A DNA stretch of 64,000 nucleotides from Camelus ferus (Eukaryota). The first letter of the stretch is position 1; each line of letters begins with the position of its first letter. Of the stretch, positions 13,161 to 26,055 are shown one piece after another. The DNA is taken from the NCBI RefSeq assembly GCF_009834535.1, contig NC_045705.1, positions 10,106,001-10,170,000 on the forward strand, given 5' to 3'. Under the pieces are notes generated by a model. It did no database searches. It saw only the letters and a list, made by a program, of their open reading frames with translations, and was not told where the DNA came from. The position numbers and the translations under genes are program-made.

Positions 13161-15109
13161 CATGAATGGAAGGGATGTGGTGCAGGGCAGAGGGCTTTAA
13201 CCATGGTCTGACTTTAATAGGGCATGCCATTCAAACAGAATTCCTAGTATAATAAAATCCAATATTTAGAACTACTTCTAGTGGGATATGACATATGTCT
13301 CAGGTGTGTTCTGCTGAGAAATCCAAAGTCACTGACTACGTAGTCCTGAGAGATGACTGTTCAGAGGCATACCAGTCGCCCTCATTTGACAGTGTTACAT
13401 CCACAGACTGGGGGATTCCCGCAACCTTGAAAGACTTTAAATTCAAAATGTTCTCCTAAAATGCATAGATAATTGCAAGTGGAGGATGAAAAAGGATGTT
13501 GCCCTGCGGGTACCTGGCAATTGGCCAAAGGACTTGTTCCTATATATCTCTGGAGTGAGGATTCCTATTTGTGTCTCAAAACAGCAGCAAATACTCTGCA
13601 TCCCAGGCGGCTGGGTCCCTCTTTTCATAGGAGACACCGCAAATGCTAAATTCAAGAACACCAACATCCTGCTGTAACCACAGAGGCCAAGGTAGTTCTT
13701 TGAAGCAAATAAATTGATTGTACATAATCACCCATCCAAATCCTATTGGAAGAAAAATTATATCAACCAACCTAAATTCTGTGAACTGAACTCTTAAGCC
13801 TCATTAGTTCTTTCTTAAGCACCAAAGGAGTGTAGCAAGAGGACAGTGGGGGGAAAGTAAGGCACAGGCGAGAAACCCATGTGATAGGAAAGCTAGACTT
13901 CTTTTACACCGAGTGAGGGCAGTGAAACAGAAGGCATAGTGGCTTTGGAGACAGGCCACCCTGAGTCTGAATTTAAACTCTGCTCCTGCCATTTACTGCA
14001 AACACAGTCTCAGTTAAATCTCACAACCTGAATGGGGAGAAGGGCTCACCTAGGCCATGCTGAGAGGGGCCAGAGGTTTTGGTATGCTGAGCAGAGGTTA
14101 GATCCTTTCCTGCTTGCTTCCATTTGGAGAAGGGCCAGGAATGTTCCTAGGCTGTGGAAAACCTCTTCTCTTGACTGGCTAAGCAGGGACAAGTGTGAGG
14201 AAAGGAAAAGTGGAAGGATGATTTAGGATAATTCTTCTAAGCTTCAGGGAGACAAATTCTCTCCCTTTTTCTTGGTTTCCTTGAATTTGTGTGTTTTTTG
14301 GTTTGTTTTCGACTCTTGCAATAAGAGTGATAAAGAGATCATGGATCAAGATTTAAGAGTAAGGACATAGAGGAAAAAGGACCAGGAATAATATTTATTC
14401 TGCATTTGGCCCAGGCTTTCAGGCTCTGTGGAAGTCCAGCTTAGCTCACAAAAAGCACACATTCCAAATAGAAGTTGATGCCAAAAGCTCAACTGTAATA
14501 AATTCAGGGTTTTCTGTCCAGTGTCTCCCCTGTAAATGCATGCAGTGGACACCTAATGGGGACTGATGCAACCATTCGTAGGTGGCTTATTAAGGAGCTG
14601 GAGCCTGAAGTTCTGCTGTATCTCACAAGCTTTTGCACAGATCAGCCCATGAGCGCTGGCATTTCTCCGTATAATGATAGAAAGCAGAAAATGCTGCTTC
14701 TTAGTATACTCAGCATCGGTGCCCAGAAAAATCAGGGCAGGTTAACCATCTGCATAGCTTTACTCACACAGAGGAGAGACCTCAAGGCAAAGCGAACACC
14801 ACGATCTCTGAACCTTCACGCTTCCAGTCAGAAGTGCTAGTCTTCCTCATTTGTCTTCTTTCTCCTGTTCTCAGGAATTAGCGCATAACAATGCCCAATA
14901 ATGTTTGTTCAATGAGGGAGCCACCTCTCTACCTTCTCTTGTTCTGGCTGAGGTTCTTGGATCTTTTGCGTAGTCTCTTCTCTCTGCTTTCCTGCTTCAC
15001 TGACACTGACGTTTTAAATTTCTGATCAGGGTTTCTAGTCTGTAATTAGCCTTGTTTTGCTGGTTCTTTCTCAAGTCTCTAGAGGTCAAGTCCTCCAGAG
15101 GCACCGTCA

Positions 15110-15240
15110 AGTGCTGCCAAGAGCGCCGGAAAGGAAAGTTGACAATTCAGATCCCAGCTCTGCAATTTACTATCTGTATAGCCTTGAACTTAGTCCCCCA
15201 GGACCTCAGTTTCCTCATCTTCTCAACATAGAGAATGAAC
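15110..15240 (+). mobile_element. MIR fragment
   Basis: ttcagatcccagctctgcaatttacta...cctcagtttcctcatct. Confidence 0.7.
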
Positions 15241-15245
15241 TTTAA

Positions 15246-15395
15246 CTGGGGTTCCTAACCAGGAAGGCATGTTGCAGTCACCCTGTGGAACTCCATTAAT
15301 GCACACAAGCCCAGGTCCTTCTACAGAGATTCTGATTCAATGTGTCTGAGGAGAGGAATGCAGGATAAACATCTGTATTTCTAAGATGAGCCACA
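15246..15395. mobile_element. MER5-type hAT-Charlie MITE fragment
   Basis: ggggttcctaacc...cagtcaccctgtggaact...cccaggtcc...agagattctgattcaatgtgtctg. Confidence 0.6.
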
Positions 15396-16099
15396 CATTT
15401 CTTTCAAACATAATGTGGAAGTCTTAGAGGTCCCGGAATCCTCCAGTCATGTATTCAACAAAAATTTATTAAACAGGAATGGTGTACTCTGTATTCTTTT
15501 AAGTCCTCTGGAGGAAATTCACTGGATATTTTTAATTATCTAAATAGTTAAATGAATCTAACTATTAATTTTAATTATTCCATTAATCATTAACTTGAAT
15601 GGTCAATTTAATTATTAACAGATATGTTCTAATTTCCTTTGGTCTCTGCCTCTAGCTAATCAAGTTCTGAGCCAAGGAAGCCATATGCAAAATGCACTCT
15701 CCATTTCAGTTGGTCTCCACTGTGAACACTAAATAGCCTGCCAGGAATCGATGGACGCTGGGGAGGACAGAGCTCTGTGACTATTACTCAGGTCACTTTT
15801 GGGGGAGCTTGACTTATATATCAACGAAAATATCAACTCTGGTGCTCTTTATTACCTTCAACACCCTTGTCTTCAGTTTCCACAAGGAAATACAATTTCT
15901 TAGGTTGCCTTTTTGTTGTTCTGTGAAACTTACCCCCAAATGCTTATACCTGTATTGGTTTAATGTGTTATATTCCCAATAAATTAACTGTTCTTCAGGG
16001 TCATTAATAGCTAATTCTGTTACTTCCCCACCTCTTCACTTCTCTACTCTAAACTGTACCCTAATTGTAACTTTGAAAAGAACTTCAACACATCAATCT

Positions 16100-16350
16100 T
16101 CTTCCTTAAAGACTTTATTCAAATGTTCCTTCAGTGAAGTGTTCCCTGACTTCGTCAAGCAAATCAAACTTCTGCTTCCCCTGAGCTGCCTCTGCATTTT
16201 ATATGTTGCACTGACTATCTGCTGACACAGATTTCTGCCTAGACTATGAGTCTCTCGACGGTAAAGACATTGCCTTTTTATCTGTATCTGCATGGCCAAC
16301 CATTATTCCTGAGCAATTCAAAAACTGCTGGTTGAACAAATGAATGAATG
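16100..16350 (+). mobile_element. L2 3' end
   Basis: attcaaatgttccttcagtgaagtgttccctgact ... gttgaacaaatgaatgaatg. Confidence 0.7.
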
Positions 16351-16544
16351 GATAATAGAATTTCAGACAACTTGTGAAAACTTTCATAAAACTTCAGGAA
16401 CCCTTTAAAAGGGAACTTTCAAAATCTGCTCATAATTGAACATATTAGTGAATCTGCAGTCTGTATTTTCTGGGGGAAAAAAAAAACCCGTGCCATCAAA
16501 TAATTAGATAGTTAAGGGAAAGAGATAGTATCGATTCACTCGTG

Positions 16545-17040
16545 CCTTTATTTATTCAGGCCAACTACATCTGCCGTCTCATTCAAAACAGGCACTGCTA
16601 GATGCAGAGATGAGTCTGAAATAGACTGTCCCTCCAAGTAATTTATGGTCTAGTGGGAGATATAAAACACATGAATGAATAATAGTTACAATAATAATGT
16701 TGTAAGTCAGGTTTTAAAAAGTTCTCCAGTGATTTGGAGAAAGTGATCAAGGAAAAAATCAAAGGCAATGTGAACTTTGAATTGGACCTTGAAATCATAT
16801 AGTATTTGCATAAGCAGAGAGTTGGGCAGGGTATTCCAAGCAGAGAGAATACATATACAAAAGCAAGGTGAGTAAAATATACTATGGGTTTCATATACAT
16901 TTCCAATGGTGGGAGAAAAGTTTGCAAAGGTGTAGGATGGAGGCAGATCATAAACAGATTTGAGGGTGTGCGACGGAGTTTAAACACTGGCCTCTTGTGT
17001 CAGTGGGAAACCACTAGATTTCTCATCAGGGGAAGCAACA
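16545..17040 (-). mobile_element. L2 relic
   Basis: tttatttattcagg...ggcactgctagatgcagagatg...tggtctagtgggagat...ggtattccaagcagagagaa. Confidence 0.75.
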
Positions 17041-19743
17041 TTGTTAGAAAGAGAAAAGCCTCCGAAGACAAACCTAAAATTCAAATATCAGCTCTGCCGT
17101 TTATTAGCGTTGCCAGACGCAAGTTACGTAAACACTTGGAAAGCCAGCTCATAACCTGCTTTGCTAGTTACTGTAATGATTAAAGATGTGATTCCTTCAA
17201 AGCACTGAACACTCTTTTTAGCTCCTGATAGTCACTCAATAAATCTTATCACTGTATTTTATTTTAGAAAGATTGTACTGTTTACAGTGAAGATGCTGTC
17301 TTGCAATCTGAAGAGATAGGAAAAGATTGTTTAGGGGACTTTTGCTCAAATGGGAGGCAATTAAGGCTGGCCCAGTGCTTTAGGAGAGCAAGACAAGGAC
17401 TTACATTTCCCAGGTACTGAGTACCTGGGAGGGATAATCATGATATTGTAGTTCTGCTATTGTTATGTTGAACACCTCCCTGCTTTGCCAAAGGCCAATG
17501 TGACATTTACCATCAATCATAACTACAACTCACTCTGCTGGGCCCCCGAGTCCTGAGGGGTGATTGATGTCTGTCATCTTTTTGAGAAACCTATAAACTG
17601 CAGGTAATTACTGGCCATCGGGCTGTTAAGCAAGTCTGTTGCCAAAAGAGAGATCTGATATGCAAATTGCATTTAGTGTCCCCAAAATAATTAGAGAGTA
17701 AGCAGGAAGTTTCTCTTTATAAGAACTATTAATTTTTAAGAATCCAAAGTTAGGAATTGCAACTTTCGAGTAAGACTTAGATTATTTGAATATACTAGGT
17801 TAAGAAATTGAATTGTATTTACCAGTCAAGTTACAAGCCATACCTCACTTGCCATGCAGTTTTTATAACACTTTAGAACACTTATTTCTCAGTATTTATT
17901 ATTTTTTATAGGATGCTAATATTAATCCAAAAAAGGCACTTTGGACATTTTATATCATTTATTTTGGTAAAATATTCAATTATGAATTTCTAGATTTTCA
18001 TTACTCTATAATATGCATATATACAGGCAATACTGTATAATATCTACTATTTAATTATATTGATTATTATGTTAATATACTATATACTGGCAATTATTTA
18101 TAGCATAAACATATTTACATAGTATATATATCTGGAATGTACTTGGACATATGCATTAAAGCCTTGTTACCTAATATCTCACATTTGAATTTTCCTACTG
18201 GAAAATAAATTTTGGAATGACATTATTTTCTAATTTCTACTTATAACACTCTAAAAATTTAGCAGCATAGAAAAATCTGTCCTTAGATATTGCATATGCA
18301 TGTACTTCATAGTCATAGAATTTTAGATGCAGTATGTAGCCTGTGTATTTACTACTGCAAACTGTTTTTTGAAAGAATATGCAGGCACACAAAAAACTAA
18401 ACAGAAAACATACTAGAATTAAATACTGTATTTGCATTATTTAAATTTCTCCATTTTACAAGGGAAAGAAAAGTAGAGAATGGCATGGATCTTTAAAGTC
18501 CAATAGCTGGAATTTTGAAAAAAAGCTTTTGTGAAGCAAAAAAGTAAGTTTCCCTGGACATTATTGAGGTGACCGACTTCTCAAAACACATTTTAACACA
18601 GTGGCCGTGGAAAACAACACTCTTAACATCAGCATGATACGTTGGAACCTAAAATACCACCGTGGGAACAATACTAATAGTAATGACATCAAAATTAGCT
18701 ATTTGAACAGCCCCTCTTCTCAGTCTCTCAGCCTTCCTAGATGAACTGCTGGCTCGGCAGAAATCTCTGAATTCTGCTCGTTCCATGCTCATGAATACTA
18801 ATCAAGTACCTTGAAATATGATCCCTGAACATGAATTCATTCTGCTCCCGGGGAGCACATTTTTACTTTTCACATTTCACAAAGATTTATAAGAGACAGT
18901 TCTTTGGCATTTGTTGGCATCAGTGTTTTACTAATTAACATTCTTGTATTTCCATGGTGGAGAGTGGACACAGACTTACAATCTACTTCCTTTAACTTTG
19001 AATAGCCTGTTTGTTCTGTGTGGAGACTGTTAATTAGTTTAACTCAAGACTCCTTAAAAACATTTAAAAACAATTTTTCAAGTCACTGAAAAGAAACTCA
19101 GAGAAACTGTTTCAAATTAAGAACACTATTTCATATATTTCTGATAATTGAGGAATTACCTGGAAAATAGTCTTATCATGAAAATAGGGGAATATCAAAG
19201 GCAGGGGAAAGACCGTGATGCGTCAAGTGTATTTCCTTAACCTTCATGGCAGATTTCCCTACTCACTCTGAAGCATATTACAAGAAAGTCTTTCATGGCA
19301 ACCAGCTGATTGAAGTTTGAGGCTCCAGCCTCCCCAGGAATTGGCTCTGTGATCTTAAGCAAGATAATGAGGGTGATGGCAGAGGAGTGTAGAGGTTATA
19401 TGGGTTCATTTCCTTATTTGCATTCTTTTTTCTGTCATGGGATTTCCTTTATGTAGTTCATCCCATTTAATCTTTGTATCCATTCATCAAAGTAGATATA
19501 ATTAACTCTATGTTATATCCTAGAAAATTAAAACCCAGAGATATTAAACAAGCAAGTTAATAAGTGGTAAAGATAGTAACCATATATTCGGGCAAATCTG
19601 AGGGAAAAATAAGGTAATAAATGTGCTTTGAAACAACACAGCATTACTGACAGATAAAGTACTGCATCAGATAACTCAAGATTAACTGAGACCAGGTATC
19701 ATGCAGTTAAAATGTCAAAAAAGTTGGGGGGATTCCTTGGGAA

Positions 19744-19936
19744 CAGAGTTGCCAGATTTAGCAAATAAAGCTATAGGACTAGCAGTTAAATTTGAATTTC
19801 ATTAAAATAATGACTATTTTTTAGCATAAGTATTTCTTGTGCACACTTTGGCATAGTTGATGCTAAACAAATGCTTCTCTTTTTTTAATCTGATATTCAA
19901 ATGTAAGTGGGTGTCATATTTTATCTGACAGCTCTA
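19744..19936. mobile_element. MER53 palindromic hAT MITE
   Basis: Termini cagagttgccagatttagcaaataaa ... attttatctgacagctcta; internal inverted arms cagttaaatttgaattt / atattcaaatgtaagtg. Confidence 0.85.
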
Positions 19937-20053
19937 CTCAGAGAACTTCACCTACAAGATATAAAGGCTAGACAGACCTTTGTTGGGGAGGTTAGAGACC
20001 ACTGGAGGAGCTTACATTTTAGGACTTCTATGTTTGGGTTAGATCTCTGATAT

Positions 20054-20096
20054 GATGACCCTTAATCTTGGGGATGACCCTTAATCTTGGGGATGA
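20054..20096 (+). repeat. Perfect 19-bp tandem duplication (2.3 copies)
   Basis: gatgacccttaatcttggg twice, plus gatga. Confidence 0.95.
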
Positions 20097-21938
20097 GTGC
20101 ACAAGATTTCAGAGCAAAACAGCTGTATAATAACTGAAGTCTGGATCAGCAAGCTTAAGTTAATGGAAGAGTACTGTGTGTGGTAGTCTCATTAGGATTC
20201 AGGAAAGTCAGTAATTTTGAAGTTACAGTAGTTGAGAAAGGCTTTGATGAGAAGAAATTGGGCAAAATCTTGAAAGATGAATAGGATTTGGGAATTTGAA
20301 GAGGAATCAAGCAGAATCAGTCTCTGTCTGGCAGCAAGAACAAAAATAAAAACTGAGTATTAAACACAAATTGTGTAATTATATCCTCTATAACTCTGTA
20401 CTATAGGAAGAAACTGCCATAACTAATAACTTTTATAAAGCACACCACAGGCACACAATAAATGGTGATTTCCTTCCTTCTCTAATCACATCTACCCTTC
20501 CAAGCCCAACGCCTGTCCCTTTCCAGGAATAAAACATGCCAAAAAAAACCAGTGCCCAGTGGTACAAATTTACAACTTTCCGAGATACTGGCCAGGAATG
20601 ACAGGATGCTTCCTCTGAAGAAAGTCCCCCCCTCCCCCCGAAGTGTAGACGGGGAATTAGATCAGTTATATAAGACTCGACATTAAAGGAACACACTCTA
20701 AGTCACTTCTAGGCAATATCTAGGTGATATTGCTAATGATACTGCCTATAAATAGTAACAGGAAGAAGGTTAAGTTAATTTCCCTTGCCTCAGAAGTCAC
20801 ATGTTTTATAAGTCTGAAGGGTGTATTATTACAATGATAACCTACATACCGTATTAACCATTTTATGCCAAAAGAAACACTATATTTCAGTAGTAATTCC
20901 ATAAATATCCAAGAGAAATTGTCCCAGTATCCATATATATTGTAGTTAGCTCAGCAGGAAAAGCCATTTCAGTGATGAGGCTCTGAAGAGTCCCCACAAA
21001 CTTGAGATATTTACATGTGCTATGTCAACTACCCAAAGCATATTGGTGAGAGCTGCTCGTTTATGTATGAACAAGACTCTTAGAATTTTAGAAAGCTCTA
21101 GTTGAAGAGGATCATTTCTAACTCATTCATTGGAGAGATAGGGCAACTGATACCTGGAGACGTGATTTGTTTAATGTTGCCCAATAAATGGAAGAGATGG
21201 CTCTGAACCAGCTTTTTTGACTTAAATTCTTTCCAGCAATAAACTATTATTATTAATACAACTATAGATGACACATTGTCTCAACCTTGAAGGCATTTAT
21301 AAGAAGATGCAAAAAAATTTATAAAACCCTTTAAATAATGAAAGTCAAAATTACATTTTTTCCCCTCAAACCTAGGCTTTAACACAGAAAGCTTTGAACT
21401 CTAAGAATTAAAATACTCCTTTTAAAGCTGGAATAGAAAAATCACACACCCAGTTTTACATATGGGGAAATGGAAACACTGACAGTTTAAATGTTTTGGA
21501 CATGGTTGCACAGCTAGAAACGACTTGAATCCAAGGTTTCTGAATCTCAGTCCATATATTTTATAGTCATCATTTATATCTTTATTTATCTAAATGCTGG
21601 TAAAGCCTGGCTTTCCTGTCCCACCTCCTTTTCCTCATCCCCAGTTTCATATATCTATATTTGATTTTTGTTTTAAGATTAATGTTCATCTCATTTTAAT
21701 ATTACTTTTTTTTTCTTCTTTCACTACATTGCTTTAGCATTCTAGTATCTTACAAAATCCTGAATTTTTTGCCCAAGAACCTGCTGATTTTTACCAGGTT
21801 TGCATCACTCATAATTGTGTTTATACTGTTCTTCAGTCCTCCAATAAGTCACTGACCTTTTATTCATGTTTGTGTCACCTGTGACTTGCAGGTAGAGGGT
21901 ACTACATACAACCTGCTTAATGCATGAATGATTAATAC

Positions 21939-21959
21939 GACAGCACCAAGGACAGCACC
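21939..21959 (+). promoter_or_regulatory. Candidate RE1/NRSE (REST binding site)
   Basis: GACAGCACCAAGGACAGCACC versus consensus TTCAGCACCACGGACAGCGCC, with canonical 2-nt half-site spacing. Confidence 0.55.
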
Positions 21960-23254
21960 CGAGACCAGGCTTTCAGAGTTCTCCTATAGGTGTGCTGTGA
22001 TCTTTTTATCAGCACACTTCAGTTACCATTTTACAACCTGCTCCGGTCCAACTTTTTCTACTATCATCCACTTCACTTTAATTTTCTACAACTAATTTTT
22101 CTAAATGTCAAAGAGAAGTCTGCCTTATGCTAAAAACATTTCAAGGCTCATATTGGTATAACATTTTCTGGTGTCCTTATCTCCTTCCAGTGCAAGTTTT
22201 CTGAATATATCTTGCAAGCCATGATTTTGTAACACAACTGTTTCATGAAAAAGTGAAATAGACTATGAACTTTTTGAATTAATTCATAGTCTTTAGAAAT
22301 TAAGCAAAGCCAGTATACAAACGTGCACATCCACATTTCCACATACAATACCCGATTCATGTGAAATAATGGATTATCTGGATAATTCTATGTTTGAGCA
22401 AGAATGTACAATGCTCAATAAAGTAGATGAAGAATATTTAGTACTATATTCCATTTAAATTGACTCTACCTCTATATCTTACATAGAATCTTTATAATAA
22501 TATTTACTTTCTCATTTAATCATTAATCCAAAAGCTAAAGAAAAGTAAGACTTGGTTTTTGAAATTCAAGTTGATTCTAGGATGAAATAGTACTTCCCAA
22601 CTAGAAAATGATTCAGAAATTAGTGCCATTGGACTCTGGTTCTGACCAAAATCAAGCAGAGATCAGATACACTGTCCCATCTGAAATAGCAGAACACTGG
22701 ACAAAATACACAAAAAATAAACTGTGTATCAAACAATAAATGACAACGATCCATGAAATATGGGAAACAATCAAGATGGGACCTATAATTTCACCAGCCT
22801 ACTGCCTTGAGGGAATTTCCAGGCCATTGCACAAAGAGTCTGGGGAGACAGGCTGCTTGAATTTACAAGACAGAGGACTAGAGAAGAGGAGCCTGAAATC
22901 TACAGAGGGTCTACCTCAATTGTTTAGCAGGGTATTGACTAATACATGCAAATTAGCTATCTCCTAGGGGTTATAGAATGTACCATCTGAAAGTATTAGA
23001 TTTAACAGCACCTGGTGAAAATACAGGGCCTGGAATAGTGCCTGTTCCCATAAGCCAAAGTGGAAAACTCATAACTCACAAGCATTGAGTAGAATACTCA
23101 GAAAGTTCTTCCCTCCACAGTGGAGCATATTTACTTGGAGATTAAACACAGCCATACTCTTGCCTAACAAATTTATATAACAAGACCAGTAAGGATCTAG
23201 GTGCTTCCAACTAAGTGAACTTTATCCCTAAACAACAACTATATATATATTTAC

Positions 23255-23274
23255 AGAGAGAGAGAGAGAGAGAG
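23255..23274 (+). repeat. (AG)10 microsatellite
   Basis: Direct read. Confidence 0.95.
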
Positions 23275-23762
23275 GAACAGACCCAGCACAAAGGTATAAT
23301 TTACATTATCTAAGTTCCAATAAAAAATTTACTAAGAATGTCTAATAGTAGGAAAACACAATCCATAATGAAAAAAAATTAATAAATCAAATCAGACCCA
23401 GAATTGATGAAATAGTACCATGGATCAAAGTGTCAATTCATCAAGTGGACATAATAATTCTAAACACTTGAGCACCTAATAACAGGACTTCAAAATACAT
23501 GAAGTGAAAATGGATAAAACTGAAAAAGACATCAATGAATTTATAAGCATAGTCAAAATTTCAAAATCCCTCTCTCAATGATTGATATGATAAGTTTACT
23601 AAAAAATTATGATGGTAGAGAAGACTTTAACTAAGTAAATCAACATGAACTAGTTGAAATTTATGGACCATTACACCAAACAACAGAAGACTAAGTATCA
23701 TTTTAAAGTACACATAGAAAATCTACCTAAACAGGCTATACTCTAGGCTATAAAACAAATCT

Positions 23763-23930
23763 TGGAGAAGGCGAGGAGGGACAATATAAGGAAGGGGAAA
23801 TGGGAGGTACAAACTATTGGGTGTAAAATAGGCTACAAGGATGTATTGTACACCCTAGGGAATAGAAATAATAATCTGTAATAATTGTAAATTGAGTGTA
23901 AACTTTAAAAATTATATAAAAAGTTAAAAA
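23763..23930 (+). mobile_element. Younger 5'-truncated artiodactyl/camelid L1 3' end nested in the older L1
   Basis: gggaggtacaaactattgggtgtaaaataggctacaaggatgtattgtaca...; interrupts host L1 ORF2 between aaaacaaatct and caataaatt. Confidence 0.8.
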
Positions 23931-25824
23931 CCCAATAAATTAATTTTAAACAATTTAAGTCATGCAAAGTATACTTTTGACCAAAATGAAATTAAATTAG
24001 AAATCATTACAGAAAGATATTGGGAAAATCCTTCATTATTTGAAAACTAAATAACACACTTAAAATAGCACATCAAAGAAGAAATAATAGAAATTAGAAG
24101 ATATTTTGAAATGAATGAAAGTAAGAATACAGCATACCAAATTTGTGGGATAGCAATAGAAAAGGGGAAATGTATGGCATTATATGCCTGTATTAGAAAA
24201 AAATGGAAGGTCATAAATCAAAAGCCTTGTCCTCCACCCAAAGAAATTAGAAGAACACATGAAACTAAAAGTACACAGGAAAAAAGAAATAATAAAGATC
24301 AAAGCAGAAATTGATAAAAGTGAACACAGAAAAACATCTGAGAAAATCAATGAAATAAAAGCTGCTTATTATAGATCAATAAAATTAATAAATCTTTAGC
24401 CAGATTGATCAAGGGAAAATAAGAGAAAGACACAAATTACCAATATGAGTTATAAGAGAGATGATATCATTATGGATTCTACAGATATTAAAAGATAATA
24501 AAGGAGCATTATTAATAACTTTATTCTAACAATGTTGACAAAATAGATGAACTGGAAAAATTCCTCCACAACTTATTCAAAAAGAAATAGATGAACTGAA
24601 GTAGACATAATGATTTTAAAATGAATTTGTAATTTAAAACTTTTTAAATAAACAGAGAACAGTTCACTGCTTCACTGCTGGAGTTTATTACAGTAATTTG
24701 AGGTTGGCTTAACATAAAAAATCAATCAATTTAATAGTATATATTAACACACTGAAATATAAAAATAATATAATTATTTAAATAGACACAATAAAAGTAT
24801 TTAACAGAATACAGCACCCATTACTGATAAATGCTCTCAGTAAACTAGGAATAGAAGGGAGCTTACTCAGCCTGATAAAGGACATCTAAAAGACAGTTAA
24901 AGCTAATACCATACTTAGTAGTGAAAAAACTGAATACTTTCCTCCTAGGATCAGAAAGAAGAAAAGAATGTCTGCTGTCCACATATCTATTCAACATTAC
25001 AGTAGAGATTCTAGCCAATAAAATAAGACAAGAAAAAGAAATTAAGGGCAAATAGATTGGATTACAGATATGCTCATTTGTATATTTTAAAATGTGCAAT
25101 TAATTGTATGTCAATTATACCTTCATAAAGCCATTAACAAAATATTACCAGGAAACATACTCATATGCATACACAAAATAAATTAATGCCTATGAAATAA
25201 AACAACAAACTGAACAACCAAATTATCAAGACAAAATTTGGTTTTGTAATGCTCTGTAGTTGTGGTTCAGATAGTTGATTGGTCCAAAAATGTCTTCAGG
25301 TAAGACAGGAAGTTTATAGTAGGAAAACAGATGGGAATTTTCCACAAATAAGTTTGGATATGTTTGCTTAGTTCTGCCACTGAAGTGTAATCAGTATACA
25401 AAATGACCTTTTCCTTTAAGAAAGTTTTATTGGACAATATTAAGCAATTTTTTTCTTCCTTTCTTATCAATGCTTTTTCTGTTAGACTTCTTGCTAGATA
25501 GCCTTAAACTTATGACCTACCCAATTTTCAGCTGTACTTAAAACAATTCTCAAACCCTGAAGAATTAATTCCCAGTTTGGTGTCATTATGCTATGTCAAC
25601 TCAAAAAGTGTTAATATTTTACCACATTTAAACTTTTACATTAAGCTCTAATTTCTATGACTAATGGTTTTTAAAATAACATCAATTAATTACGGATATT
25701 TTTACCATCCACATAACAATCAAGCAACCAACAAAAGCCAAAAAAAAAAAAAAAAATCACTCTGAATGTATAAGAAAACAAATTGTAGTTTCCTTGAGGG
25801 AAAAATAATAATTTTGAGTGATTC

Positions 25825-26055
25825 ATGAGTTATTGAGTGCTTACTTCGTGCTGGGCTTTGTGTTAAATTCTTTATGTTTTTTTGTCTCAATTTACTGTAA
25901 AAATATGAGATTAATTGATAATTATCTTCATATATGAGAAAAATGAGGTTCAGATAAATTAAACTTGACTGAGATCTCACTGGTAATCCACAGAGCTAAG
26001 AACTGAAATCAGTTTTGTTCTCCTTTGAAGGCTGTATTTTCAGCCACCATGCTAC
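25825..26055 (-). mobile_element. MIR SINE relic
   Basis: tattgagtgcttacttcgtgctgggc...atgagaaaaatgaggttcaga...agagctaagaactgaaatcag. Confidence 0.8.

Larger units (their letters stand above)
22640..25140 (+). mobile_element. Old L1 (L1MC/MD-like): 5' region, ORF2 endonuclease/RT remnants, joined to a 3' UTR end
   Basis: aattcatcaagtggacataataattctaaac...cacctaataacaggacttcaaaatacatgaag (EN); cagcacccattactgataa, tttcctcctaggatcagaaagaag (RT); terminal aattgtatgtcaattataccttcataaagc. Many stops. Confidence 0.85.
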
